Positions 1-9,249 of a DNA stretch of 54,125 nucleotides are shown here, piece by piece. Origin of the DNA: Polyangiales bacterium (lineage in GTDB: Bacteria; Myxococcota_A; Polyangia; Polyangiales; Houyiibacteriaceae); contig JBGCFM010000205.1 in assembly GCA_045106895.1 (NCBI GenBank), positions 1 to 54,125 of the forward strand. Reading direction: 5' to 3'. Position numbers and translations under genes: made by a program. Position 1 is the first letter of the stretch. Every line of letters starts with the position of its first letter. The notes under the pieces are model-generated. The model was not told the DNA's origin and did not search any database. It saw only the letters and a list, made by a program, of their open reading frames with translations.

Positions 1-321
1 TCCTACGATTTTCACCCTGCCGATGTGTCCCTTCATGTGATGACAGCAGGGGCAGAGGTGTTCTACACCCTCGATATTCTCAAGTTCGTCCCTTTTTTCG
101 GCCTCGGGGTCGATGGAATCGGCACGGTTCAAGACGGCACGTTCGGCGCTGACCTCGCGTTTCATGCCCTCGTTGGCATCGACTGGCTCATTTCCCGAAC
201 GCTCATCGTGGGCTTGGACATACGGCCCTACGTGCTGCCCTTCTCTCTTGCGGAGCGCGGAATCGACCCGGTTTACCTGAGCGCATCACTCCGAGTGAGT
301 TTTGTCTTCGACCGCTACTGA
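1..321 (+). CDS. C-terminal part of a probable outer-membrane beta-barrel protein (5' truncated by the window)
   Basis: Frame 1 is open from base 1 to TGA at 319-321. Alternating amphipathic strands (VPFFGLGVDG, LIVGLDIRPY) and an aromatic C-terminus (LRVSFVFDRY). Confidence 0.6.
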   Translation, partial: SYDFHPADVSLHVMTAGAEVFYTLDILKFVPFFGLGVDGIGTVQDGTFGADLAFHALVGIDWLISRTLIVGLDIRPYVLPFSLAERGIDPVYLSASLRVSFVFDRY

Positions 322-331
322 GGCTTAAACG

Positions 332-356
332 AAAAAAGCTCCGCCAAAGCGGAGCT
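332..356 (-). terminator. Rho-independent terminator between convergent genes
   Basis: Perfect 8-bp stem AGCTCCGC-caaa-GCGGAGCT (337-356) next to an A6 run (332-337), which is a U-tract on the minus strand, downstream of the 375..1613 stop. Confidence 0.8.
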
Positions 357-374
357 CTTCTCAGTTGAGCAGTT

Positions 375-1613
375 CTAGAAGCTCTGGGTGTTTCGGCAGA
401 TCGCGGTACCGCTGCAGCCGAAGTCGGCGCAGTCGACGAAGCCGTTGTTGTCGTTGTCTTCGCCATCCGAGCACTCCGCGCCGGTGTCCTCACACACGGT
501 GATGTTCGGGTTGCGGGAGCAAGCGAAGTCGCGGCAGTCGATGAAGTCGTTGCCATCGTTGTCGATGCCATCGGAGCAAGTCTCGTCGCTGGCAGCCTCA
601 GGGTTGGCGGGGCAGACGGTGACGGCGGCGTCGAATGCGCAGGAGTTGTCCATGCAGTCGATGAAGTCGTTGGGTCCGTTGCTGTCCTCATCGGAGCAGC
701 GAGCGTCAGCCATCATGGTGACCTGTTCAGGGGTGAGGTCGACGGCCATTCCTTCGGAGCAAACCACGACGGCCTCAGCAAGACAGCCGTTGTCGTCACA
801 GTCCATGTCTCCGTCGCCATCGTTGTCCACGCCATCGCTGCACGCAGCGTTCGTGTTCTCGGGCTCTGGGTCCCAGCATGTGGGGATCTCCCAGGTGAAC
901 TGACAAGCGAAGTCGCCGCAGTCCTGGAAGCCGTTTCCGTCGTTGTCTTCGCCGTCGGTGCAGGCGGTCTCAACGAGTGCAGGCCAGGTGTCGCGGGCCG
1001 GAAGCGGCTCCACAGGCGCGCCCTCGGCGCAAACCACGATGTGCTCGCCGGAGCAGTCCGAGTCGTCACAGTCGACGTCGCCGTCGCCGTCGTTGTCCAT
1101 GCCATCGCTGCAACCGAGGTTGTGACCTTCGCGGACACACACGTTCAGGGCTTCGACCTCAGCGCCGGAGCTGTCCATGCAGGAGAAGTCGGCACAGTCG
1201 ATGAAGTCGTTACCGTTGTTGTCGATGCCATCGCTGCACGTCAGGTTGTTGTTTTCCTGGGGGCAGAACGCGGCGCAAGCGAAGTCAGCGCAGTCAATGA
1301 AGGTGTTACCGTCGTTGTCGCAGCCGTCGGTGCAGGCTTCCATCGTGTTCTCTTCGCCCGCAGGACAAGGGATATCGCACTCTGGGTCATCGTCGGTGAA
1401 ACCGTCGCCGTCGTTGTCACAGCCATCGCTGCACAGCGCCGTCGTGTTTTCGATGTCCGCGGGAATGCAGGCTGGACCCTGGTCAACACCGGGGGTGTCA
1501 GGGCGCGGACCTGTGTCGCGTTGCGTGTTACCGGTGTCGGGGCTGCTGCTGTCGTCGCCACAGCCGACGGCCAAGACGGCCACAAGGGAAAAGAGAAGTA
1601 CGTTTCGGTTCAT
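375..1613 (-). CDS. Cys/Asp-rich repeat lipoprotein, putative Ca2+-binding surface protein
   Basis: Signal peptide with lipobox LAVG-C, GGAGG SD upstream of ATG, nine copies of C-[ST]-D-G-x-D-N-[DN]-G-[DN]-x-x-x-D-C-x-D-x-x-C. Confidence 0.85.
   Translation of the reverse strand: MNRNVLLFSLVAVLAVGCGDDSSSPDTGNTQRDTGPRPDTPGVDQGPACIPADIENTTALCSDGCDNDGDGFTDDDPECDIPCPAGEENTMEACTDGCDNDGNTFIDCADFACAAFCPQENNNLTCSDGIDNNGNDFIDCADFSCMDSSGAEVEALNVCVREGHNLGCSDGMDNDGDGDVDCDDSDCSGEHIVVCAEGAPVEPLPARDTWPALVETACTDGEDNDGNGFQDCGDFACQFTWEIPTCWDPEPENTNAACSDGVDNDGDGDMDCDDNGCLAEAVVVCSEGMAVDLTPEQVTMMADARCSDEDSNGPNDFIDCMDNSCAFDAAVTVCPANPEAASDETCSDGIDNDGNDFIDCRDFACSRNPNITVCEDTGAECSDGEDNDNNGFVDCADFGCSGTAICRNTQSF
414..1433 (-). 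repeat. Nine imperfect intragenic repeats of the CSDGxDNDGxxxxDCxDxxC module
   Basis: Visible in the protein and in DNA as recurring cagtcgatgaagtcgtt / gtcgttgtc / gccatcgctgca segments. Confidence 0.85.
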
Positions 1614-1698
1614 AAGCCTCCGGGGGACCGTGCTTACCTGCCGGTCTCACGCCTGCTTGGTAGCGATCTGGGGACCTCCGTGCAAGCTGAGGGGCAAT

Positions 1699-2109
1699 TC
1701 AGTCGACGGAATCGCCGGTTTGGCACCCCGCCGACACACAGGTTCGGACCAGTGTTTCCAGCCTTTCGTACGTTCTTGGGCCGATTCCGCGCACTCCAAG
1801 AAGCTCTCGGGGATCAGCGTACGGCCGGCCTTCGATGATTCTCCGAGCCATAGCCGGCCCAATTCGGGGGAGAAGCTCCAGTTCGTCCGCGTCGGCGTGG
1901 TTCACGTCGATCGCCTCTCCATCCCGCAGCAGCCTCGCGGCGCGACTCATCACGGGCTCGGCTTCTTTGAGCGCCGCTACGGGCTGAGCCACATCCCAAC
2001 CCGCCGCCAGGCTGCTCAGACACAGAGCGAGGCCGAGGAGCGCGAGGCTCGCTAGGGGAGACGAACGCGCCGCCGACGGCGTGTGCTTGGGGAGTCTCGA
2101 TGGTGTCAC
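1699..2109 (-). CDS. comEA: ComEA-family helix-hairpin-helix DNA-binding protein
   Basis: N-terminal hydrophobic segment, then IDVNHADADELELLPRIGPAMARRII...ELLGVRGIGPRTYERL (two HhH motifs). Start uncertain. Confidence 0.8.
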   Translation of the reverse strand: MTPSRLPKHTPSAARSSPLASLALLGLALCLSSLAAGWDVAQPVAALKEAEPVMSRAARLLRDGEAIDVNHADADELELLPRIGPAMARRIIEGRPYADPRELLGVRGIGPRTYERLETLVRTCVSAGCQTGDSVD

Positions 2110-2155
2110 CTGCGCAGGCTCGGTCGGTCGACGAACGAGTTGAGCGACGATCCCC

Positions 2156-2929
2156 CTATCCGCCGAAGATGAGCATCGTAATCGTTGGCACCACGAAGGC
2201 GATGAAGCCGGCGAACACCATGCCGACGAGGGAAAGCGCCGTTGCTGCGAACTTGGCGGGGGTTGCGAAGCGCCCGAAGTTCGTTTTCAGCCAAAGTGCG
2301 ACGTTCGCGCCATCACTGAGGCGCTGGACAGCAAACTCCCGCCGCCCTTCCCCGGACGACTCGGTCACGGCCTTGCCCACGGCGCGTCGCATCATCGGCG
2401 ACACGAAGCGGCGGTACGCGGCACACGCGATACGGCCAAGAATGCCGTATTGGGTCTCGATGGCTTCCACGACCAAAGGCAAGAGGACCCCGTCGTAAGC
2501 GCGCACAGCGAGGTCCGCAGCCTCATGGGCTGGCACCTTGGCTCCTCCCTCAAGAGCCGCTACATCCTTCGACACCTGGACCAAGAACTCCGGAATCAGC
2601 TGAAGGATTTCGCTCGTTGTGTTGAGCCAGCGGTGGACCAAAAGAAGCGTGGCCAGGAGCATTCCAAACCACACCGCGAAACCAGCGGCCACGGCGCAGA
2701 CGACGCCAAATAGGATCGTCTGATCGAAGTAAGGAATGAGGACGCCCACGGCGACCAAAAGCGCGACGCCCGGGGCGAGCACAGGAAGCGCCGCCGTCAG
2801 CGCCCGAACGGCAAAAGCGGCGTGAATGCGGGCGCCAAAGTGCTCCCGATAGACGCGGATCTTAAAAAAGTTTGGCGCGCCTTCCTGGGTCGGCTCAACC
2901 ACCGAGATCGAAGCCATCGTGGAGCACAC
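2156..2929 (-). CDS. Hypothetical membrane protein (true start probably downstream of 2895)
   Basis: Fills the gap between lysC and comEA on the same strand. Two N-terminal and one C-terminal hydrophobic helices. Confidence 0.6.
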   Translation of the reverse strand: MCSTMASISVVEPTQEGAPNFFKIRVYREHFGARIHAAFAVRALTAALPVLAPGVALLVAVGVLIPYFDQTILFGVVCAVAAGFAVWFGMLLATLLLVHRWLNTTSEILQLIPEFLVQVSKDVAALEGGAKVPAHEAADLAVRAYDGVLLPLVVEAIETQYGILGRIACAAYRRFVSPMMRRAVGKAVTESSGEGRREFAVQRLSDGANVALWLKTNFGRFATPAKFAATALSLVGMVFAGFIAFVVPTITMLIFGG

Positions 2930-4109
2930 GAACGGCGAGTTCGGCGTACTTCGCCCGCATCAAACAGGAGGTTTTGATCTCGCTCGTGGAGATGGCTTCG
3001 ATGTTGATGCTCTCCGTCGCCAGAAGTCGGAACATCTTTGCAGCAACACCCGCGTGACTTCTCATTCCGAGCCCAACGATGGACACCTTGACGACATCTG
3101 GGTCGAAGGAGACTTGGCTCGCACCGATTTCGTCGGCGACCTTCTGGGCGATGTCCTGCGCACGGTCGATGTCGCCGGCATCCACGGTAAACGTCAGGTC
3201 CGTCAGTCCATCCTGCGCGACATTCTGGATGATCATGTCGACGGAAACGTTGGCCTCCGCGAGGGGTTCAAAGAAGCTCGCGACGCTTCCCGGGTGGTCT
3301 GGCACGCGCCGGATCGTGACCTTTGCGGCCTTCTTGTCCGCCGTGACGCCGGCCACGACCACGGATTCTAGGGATTCGTCTTCTCCGGTCACCATGGTGC
3401 CCTCCTCCTCCGAAAAGCTTGAGCGCACGTGAACCTTCACGGCGTACTTCATTGCCAGCTCCACGGAGCGAATCTGCAGAACCTTTGCCCCCAAAGATGC
3501 CAGCTCGAGCATCTCCTCGTAGCTGATTTGGGAGATCTTTCGTGCGTTCGAGCAGATGTTTGGGTCCGTGGTGAAGACACCGGTCACATCGGTATAGATC
3601 TCGCAAACATCGGCTCGAGTCGCGGCTGCGATGGCCACGGCACTCGTGTCCGATCCACCCCGCCCGAGCGTTGTGATGTTGCCGTCTGGGTCGATGCCTT
3701 GAAAGCCTGCGACGATGACCACGTTGCCCTCGGCGTGCGCCTGCCGAAGACGTTCGTCGTCGACGCGTGTGATGCGGGCCTTCGTGTGCACGCTATCGGT
3801 TTCAACGCGCACCTGATGCCCCATCAAACTCATGGCTTTGACGCCCAAGTCTTGGAGAGCCATCGAAACGAGCGCAGCGGACACCTGCTCTCCGCTCGAC
3901 ACAAGAACATCGATCTCGCGCTCCGTCGGACGCTCCGAAAGCTCCCGACTCATCGTAAGCAGTCGGTCGGTCTCGCCGGCCATCGCGCTGACGACGGCTA
4001 CGACGTCGTGACCATCGGCGCGCGTTCGCGCGATTCGCGCAGCGACCTCTCGAATCCTCTCAATGGAACCGACAGAGGTGCCGCCGTACTTTTGAACAAA
4101 GAGTGCCAA
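2895..4109 (-). CDS. lysC: Aspartate kinase
   Basis: VQKYGGTSV, VVSAM, TLGRGGSDTSAVA, YTDVTGVFTTDP and two C-terminal ACT domains. TTG start. Confidence 0.97.
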   Translation of the reverse strand: MALFVQKYGGTSVGSIERIREVAARIARTRADGHDVVAVVSAMAGETDRLLTMSRELSERPTEREIDVLVSSGEQVSAALVSMALQDLGVKAMSLMGHQVRVETDSVHTKARITRVDDERLRQAHAEGNVVIVAGFQGIDPDGNITTLGRGGSDTSAVAIAAATRADVCEIYTDVTGVFTTDPNICSNARKISQISYEEMLELASLGAKVLQIRSVELAMKYAVKVHVRSSFSEEEGTMVTGEDESLESVVVAGVTADKKAAKVTIRRVPDHPGSVASFFEPLAEANVSVDMIIQNVAQDGLTDLTFTVDAGDIDRAQDIAQKVADEIGASQVSFDPDVVKVSIVGLGMRSHAGVAAKMFRLLATESINIEAISTSEIKTSCLMRAKYAELAVRVLHDGFDLGG

Positions 4110-4118
4110 GGTGGGTAA

Positions 4119-4146
4119 AGCATAAGGGCCGCAGCCCCAAAATCAA
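4119..4146 (-). promoter_or_regulatory. Putative sigma70-type promoter of lysC
   Basis: Minus strand TTGATT-N16-TATGCT, 9 nt before the TTG start. Confidence 0.45.
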
Positions 4147-4152
4147 CAGACG

Positions 4153-4596
4153 TCAGCTCGCGCTTTCGTCCTCCTCGTCGTCGGAGTCATCTTCTTCCGG
4201 AGCAGCAGGTGCCGCCGGTCGTGGTGGTGGCAAAGGCTGACCGTGTTCATCTCGCAGCTTTCGCTCGAGTCGATCAAGGAGCATGCGCTCGATGTAGCTG
4301 GGCATGGCGGGAATACTCACGGCGACGCGAACTTGTTCGCGACCGTCCTCCTGAACGCGCACCAGCTCAAAACTTGCAGGATGCGTACGACCGCTATCCT
4401 CGTAGTCAAAAAGCAGGTAGCCAACCTCTTCATCTCGGTCGCGCACGGTAAATCCGTAGTCGACGCGAACGAGTCGCACGACGGAACGCCACAGCTGCTC
4501 ATAGCGGTAGGCGTGCACATCGCTTCGACGTGCGCTGGAGAATGAAGGCACGAGAAGTGCCAGGGCGAGGATGAGGACGGATCCTAGTTTCCGCAT
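4153..4596 (-). CDS. Hypothetical exported protein
   Basis: Sec signal peptide (MRKLGSVLILALALLVPSFSSA), compact alpha/beta domain, Pro-rich then acidic tail. Confidence 0.8.
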   Translation of the reverse strand: MRKLGSVLILALALLVPSFSSARRSDVHAYRYEQLWRSVVRLVRVDYGFTVRDRDEEVGYLLFDYEDSGRTHPASFELVRVQEDGREQVRVAVSIPAMPSYIERMLLDRLERKLRDEHGQPLPPPRPAAPAAPEEDDSDDEEDESAS

Positions 4597-4644
4597 GCCC
4601 CGAAGCTACGCTATGCGGATCACGGCTCCAAAAAAGCCGCCCAC

Positions 4645-5769
4645 CTAAAAAGCAGTGGGCTCGTTCGAATCATCCGCCGGAAGCTCTCCTTCATCGCTGC
4701 GCAGCCCTTCTCGCAGCGCGTCGGCACCCAGAAGGTCGCGCATCCGAAGGTTCAGGCCGTACAGAGGGATGACGCCGGCGATGACGATCACGAGGGATTG
4801 CACGACGTACATAAGGAAGATGTAGACCGCACCGTTCGCGCCCACGAGGGATGCCGCGAAGAACATCTTTAGCCCCGCGCTGATGGCGAGCTGGAACGGG
4901 CCGAAGAGCCCCGGGCCCGTCGGGAGCAAGATGCCGATGGCGAGGATGCCCATGATGGCGACGGCGTGCCCGAAGGTCATCGGGATGCCGCAGCCCCACG
5001 CCAGGAGCCACATGCCCGCGGCGTTGGTGCCCCAGTAGAGCGCAGTCTCGAACAAGAAACCCATGGTCAGCTTGAAAGACGCGAGGCTGCGTATGCCATC
5101 CGCGACGCCGTCGACCTTCTCTGCGAGGAGTTTGCCGAGGCGTTTCGAGACGAGGCCGAAGACCGCCTGCGTCGCTCGCACCGCCCAAGCACGCTGCCAA
5201 AGGAACACCGCGAGGGCGATGAACGCGCAGGCGAAAATCGTCAGGGCGACGTAGCCATAATAAGGAACGAGGTTGGCGAGCTCGTCATCGGTTTCGAGGC
5301 GCGGCAATGCGAAGAGCGCCCACGCGACGCACAAGCTTGTGACGAGCCCGTCGAAGACACGCTCCACGGCGATGGTGCCAAAACCAACGGACACGCCGAT
5401 TTGGTGGCGAACCTTCGTGAGCGCCGGCCGCGCGACCTCGCCGATGCGAAGCGGCAGGACAAATATTGCGAAGAAACCGATCCAGTTGAGCGCGATGACC
5501 TCGCGCATGGGCAGCTTCTTGATGGGCGCGATGAGGAAACGCCAGCGCGTCGCACGCAAGGTGTGGGTCACCAAAAGACTGGCCGCGTAAGCGGGGACGA
5601 CCCACCACTCGACGACGCTGAAATCCATGGCGCCAGGGTTCAACGGAACCCCCGAGCTGCTCACGAGCCATGCAAAGAGACCCCCAAGAACCAGTGAGAG
5701 CACTAGTTTGGGCGCGATTCGACGAAGAAAGCTGCGTTCTTCGGGCGTTTCTGGGGTCCCGGACGACAT
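4645..5769 (-). CDS. Lysylphosphatidylglycerol synthase TM domain (UPF0104, flippase-like) membrane protein
   Basis: LRATRWRFLI, IGFFAIFVLPLRIGEVARP, TIAVERVFD, LPTGPGLFGPFQ; multiple TM helices. ATG at 5769. Confidence 0.85.
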   Translation of the reverse strand: MSSGTPETPEERSFLRRIAPKLVLSLVLGGLFAWLVSSSGVPLNPGAMDFSVVEWWVVPAYAASLLVTHTLRATRWRFLIAPIKKLPMREVIALNWIGFFAIFVLPLRIGEVARPALTKVRHQIGVSVGFGTIAVERVFDGLVTSLCVAWALFALPRLETDDELANLVPYYGYVALTIFACAFIALAVFLWQRAWAVRATQAVFGLVSKRLGKLLAEKVDGVADGIRSLASFKLTMGFLFETALYWGTNAAGMWLLAWGCGIPMTFGHAVAIMGILAIGILLPTGPGLFGPFQLAISAGLKMFFAASLVGANGAVYIFLMYVVQSLVIVIAGVIPLYGLNLRMRDLLGADALREGLRSDEGELPADDSNEPTAF

Positions 5770-5819
5770 AAGCAAGCGAAAGAAGCACGGCTTACCAAAG
5801 GCCGCGGGTCTCCGCCAGC

Positions 5820-6653
5820 TTACTTGGTTCGCTTGTCCAGAATCGCTCGGTCGACTCCGGAGGCCTCCACGAACTCCATCGTGGGGCCATCGAGCTGTTC
5901 GAGAAGCTCCGCCGGCGGCCCCGACGCGTAGACCTCGCCGAAATAGAGAAAGGTGATCTGGTCTGCGATGCGGAACACGCTGGCCATGTCATGGGAGATA
6001 ATGATGGAGGTGACGCCAAAGCGGGCTTCCGTCTCCATGATGAGCTCATCGACGGTCTGAACAGTCACGGGGTCGAGGCCCGTCGTTGGCTCGTCGTAGA
6101 TGAGGATGTCCGTTTCGAGAACGATGGCGCGAGCCACGGCCACGCGTCGCTGCATGCCGCCTGAGAGCTCCGCCGGCGATTTGCTGTGGGAGTCGCCGAT
6201 ACCCAAGGTCTCCAGCCGCGACATGACTCGCTCTCGGACTTCCTTCCTGGACATCTTGGTGTGCTCGCGAAGAGGAAACGCCACGTTCTCAAAGACGCTC
6301 ATGCTGTCGAAGAGCGCCGAACTCTGAAACACCATGCCCATCTTTCGGCGAACTCGTTCGAGGTTCATGCCCTTGAGGCCGGCGAAGTCGATGCCGTCCA
6401 CGAGGATCTGGCCGGAGCTCGGCGACTCCAAGCGGATGATCTGGCGCATGAGGACGGACTTGCCCGACCCCGAGGGGCCGATAATGACGTTCGTCTTTCC
6501 GCGCTGGATGTCGAAGCTGATGCCCTTGAGGATGTGGGCGTCTCCGTAGCTCTTGTGGATATCGCGGAGCTTGATGTGCGCCGGGTCCTTCTTCGCGGCT
6601 TCGAGCTCCGCCTCGGACAGGGGCGCCGGCACGTCTTTCGCGTTCTTGCTCAC
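5820..6653 (-). CDS. mlaF: MlaF/Mkl-family ABC transporter ATP-binding protein
   Basis: Walker A GPSGSGKS, FQSSALFDSMSVFENVAFPL, LSGGMQRRV, YDEPTTGLDP, ISHD. Confidence 0.92.
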   Translation of the reverse strand: MSKNAKDVPAPLSEAELEAAKKDPAHIKLRDIHKSYGDAHILKGISFDIQRGKTNVIIGPSGSGKSVLMRQIIRLESPSSGQILVDGIDFAGLKGMNLERVRRKMGMVFQSSALFDSMSVFENVAFPLREHTKMSRKEVRERVMSRLETLGIGDSHSKSPAELSGGMQRRVAVARAIVLETDILIYDEPTTGLDPVTVQTVDELIMETEARFGVTSIIISHDMASVFRIADQITFLYFGEVYASGPPAELLEQLDGPTMEFVEASGVDRAILDKRTK

Positions 6654-7513
6654 AGGCCCTGCCCCAGAAGCATCGCGGTAATGACGTAGTCGAGGGCGAG
6701 GATGGCGATAGCGTTGTGAACGACGCTTCGGTTGGTGGCTTGACCGACACCGGCGGCGCCGCCTTTCGCGTGAAACCCTTGTCGACAGGCGACCAAGGTC
6801 AGTGTTCCTCCGAAAATCGTCGCTTTCACCAAGCCCTGCAACACGTCCGGCCAGTCCACGAGCCAGCGCATGCGTCCGAGGAAGATGCCTGGGTCGATTC
6901 CGAGGAGTTTGGTGCAGACAAAGTAGGCGCCAGCGAGACCAACCACGTTGAAGAGCAGGCAGAGAATCGGGACCATCACAACGCCGGCGATCACGCGAGG
7001 AGCCACCAGGTATTGGACGGGGTTCACAGCCATCGTCACCAGCGCGTTGATTTGGTCGCTGACGCGCATGGAGCCGAGCTCCGTCGTAATCGCGCTGCCC
7101 GCGCGACTTGAGACCATGAGTGCGGTGAACACGGGGCCGATTTCACGGGACATGGCCAGACCCACGACGGCGCCGGTCTGCGTCTCTGCGTTGAACTGGC
7201 TGAAACCGTCCGCAAGCTGCAGGCCGAGAACGGCCCCCATGAAGAGACCCGTGAGAGAGACGATAAAGATGGAGCCAATGCCGATGAACTCCATCGAGGC
7301 CATGAGCACGCGCCAACGATACGGCGGGCGAATGGCCCAAAAGACGGTCTCCGTGAGCATGTTCCAAAGAACCCCGAGCTCGATGGCCGGCGCCAGGAGC
7401 CAGGTGAGGAGACGTTCCATGTCGGTGCGAAACGGAGATGGCCCTTTGGGCTCCTCTTCTTTTTCTTCTGCGCCCGCTTCCTCAGACGGCTCGCTTGTCG
7501 TCGCACCACTCAC
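6650..7513 (-). CDS. mlaE: MlaE-family ABC transporter permease
   Basis: REIGPVFTALMVSSRAGSAITTELGSMRVSDQINAL..MAVNPVQYLVAPR, GGAAGVGQAT. Confidence 0.93.
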   Translation of the reverse strand: MSGATTSEPSEEAGAEEKEEEPKGPSPFRTDMERLLTWLLAPAIELGVLWNMLTETVFWAIRPPYRWRVLMASMEFIGIGSIFIVSLTGLFMGAVLGLQLADGFSQFNAETQTGAVVGLAMSREIGPVFTALMVSSRAGSAITTELGSMRVSDQINALVTMAVNPVQYLVAPRVIAGVVMVPILCLLFNVVGLAGAYFVCTKLLGIDPGIFLGRMRWLVDWPDVLQGLVKATIFGGTLTLVACRQGFHAKGGAAGVGQATNRSVVHNAIAILALDYVITAMLLGQGL

Positions 7514-9249
7514 GGAACCGACATATCACGCCGCGCCCATCGTCGCGACAGGCCGCGCAGAAGCCAACGACGTCGCTGCTCGTAGGCGCCAGGCTCGGTG
7601 AGACGCGGGCGCGGCACCGTTTGAAGGCCGCTTGCGCCCGGCGGCTGGAAGGTGATGCAGGAGCTGGACCGGTTGCCATGAAGGGCCGTCAGGATTGCGT
7701 TCAAGTGCTCATCGCTCCACGCCAGGTCCTCAAACCCGTCGGGGCCCAGGACACCTTCGACGAGCAATGGCGTGAACTGAACAAGGCGCTCGACCGGCTG
7801 GGCCCGCTCGTGGCCCAAGAGCGCCAGGTTGAGCCAGGCCCCGATTCGCGCAGGATGTGCGGCGTGAGACCGGAGAAGGTCTGCGAGTGCGCCCGTGTGT
7901 CCACACCGGCGGCGCGCCTCCCCCCGATAAATAAAGAGGCTGCCGACCTCCGAGCCAAGAACACGAACACCTTCGTCTTGAGTCTCGAGGGCCTCCTGGA
8001 GCGTGCCCATTAACATCTGGGCCCCGCCAAGGCCGATATATGCCCAGCGGGTGCCGTGAGCGCGTTCCAGAGTTTCACGAAAAAGCCCACAGGCGTTTTC
8101 GTAGCGTCCGAGCCAGAGCTCGAGCTCGCCCTCATGAACAAGCGGTGACTCGCTCTTCGGCCAGCGAGCACGCAGCCCACGCAACCCCTGTCGGACGGTA
8201 CTCGCGTCCAAGACACGGATACGCTCAAGCTGCCTGCGAGAGTCTTCGCGAGGGCTTGCGGCGAAGAGAGCCTCATAGCCGCTCGAGGTCGTGAACGTCG
8301 TATTTGGGCTTCGATGAAAGCCAAGTCGCTCGACGCTCTCATCGAGAATGCGAACCACCTCCTTGAGGTCCGCGCCGGCGAAACGGTCGCGTCCCCACAT
8401 CTGCTGGAGTGCCTCACGAATCTCCGACGCCAGATGCAGCGCGCCTCCTTCGGTGGTCTGCTCGCGCCGGACTTCGCCCGCGGCGACGCGTTCCAAGTCT
8501 CCCCGCATTTCCAAAGAGAGGCGCCGAAGCAACGCCGGCAAGTGCACCCTTCCCGCTTTGGCGAGGGCAGCATCGAGGCAACGGTAGGCTTCGCCTGTAT
8601 TCGCGTCGACAATGGCGATTTCCGCTTCCCACACGAAGACCTCTGCCTCTTCCAAGGGGAGCAACTCGCCGCTCCGCCAGGCCTCCACGGCTGCTCTCAT
8701 GGCCGTGCTGTCGCCGGCGTCGAAGGCTTGAGCCATTTTCTCCGCGGGGGTCACACCTTGAGTGAGCCGGCCGCTTCGGAGCGAGTGCTGAGGCTCCGTG
8801 AAGTGTCCCGTGAGAGCTCTTTCCTCTTCATTCTCGGCGAGCTGGCGGGCTTCTTCGTGCTTTCCTAGGCCCATGAGCGCGCGGAGGCGCATAGAACGAC
8901 GGACATGAGCTTGGCTTGCCAGGTTTTCATAGTCCCGTGCGCGCATGCGCGCAGCTGCGACCTTCGCCGAACGCTCGGGATCCAGCGGACCCATCGCCTG
9001 AAGCCGGGTGATGCCCTCCGTTTCGAGCCCTGCGCGAAAACACAGCTCCGCAGCGAGGCGAGCGGCGATGGGCGAGCTCTCCGCGTCCAGCATCTCCAGG
9101 GCCTGGCGAGTTCGCCTCAGCGCTACGAGGAGCGGCGCGAGCTCAAGGGCTATTCGTCCCCCTTCGACGAGGTGCCTTTCCACCACGGCGTAGCCCTGCG
9201 TGAGCTTGCCTTCTTCTGCGAAGGAGAGCGCGCGACGAAAATCACTCAT
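7510..9249 (-). CDS. Tetratricopeptide-repeat-like hypothetical protein
   Basis: TPR-like helices (GELELWLGRYENA, WAYIGLGGAQMLMG, YRGEARRRCG). 4-nt overlaps with both alr and mlaE. Confidence 0.7.
   Translation of the reverse strand: MSDFRRALSFAEEGKLTQGYAVVERHLVEGGRIALELAPLLVALRRTRQALEMLDAESSPIAARLAAELCFRAGLETEGITRLQAMGPLDPERSAKVAAARMRARDYENLASQAHVRRSMRLRALMGLGKHEEARQLAENEEERALTGHFTEPQHSLRSGRLTQGVTPAEKMAQAFDAGDSTAMRAAVEAWRSGELLPLEEAEVFVWEAEIAIVDANTGEAYRCLDAALAKAGRVHLPALLRRLSLEMRGDLERVAAGEVRREQTTEGGALHLASEIREALQQMWGRDRFAGADLKEVVRILDESVERLGFHRSPNTTFTTSSGYEALFAASPREDSRRQLERIRVLDASTVRQGLRGLRARWPKSESPLVHEGELELWLGRYENACGLFRETLERAHGTRWAYIGLGGAQMLMGTLQEALETQDEGVRVLGSEVGSLFIYRGEARRRCGHTGALADLLRSHAAHPARIGAWLNLALLGHERAQPVERLVQFTPLLVEGVLGPDGFEDLAWSDEHLNAILTALHGNRSSSCITFQPPGASGLQTVPRPRLTEPGAYEQRRRWLLRGLSRRWARRDMSVP

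Noticed and set aside
414..1433. Regularly recurring DNA repeats that could suggest a CRISPR array
   Set aside because: Repeats are degenerate at third codon positions, in frame, variably spaced and encode a protein module; no cas genes.
2859..2882. GGCGCGCC palindrome plus A6 run after the lysC stop as a terminator
   Set aside because: The palindrome has no loop, so it forms no convincing stem next to the U-tract.
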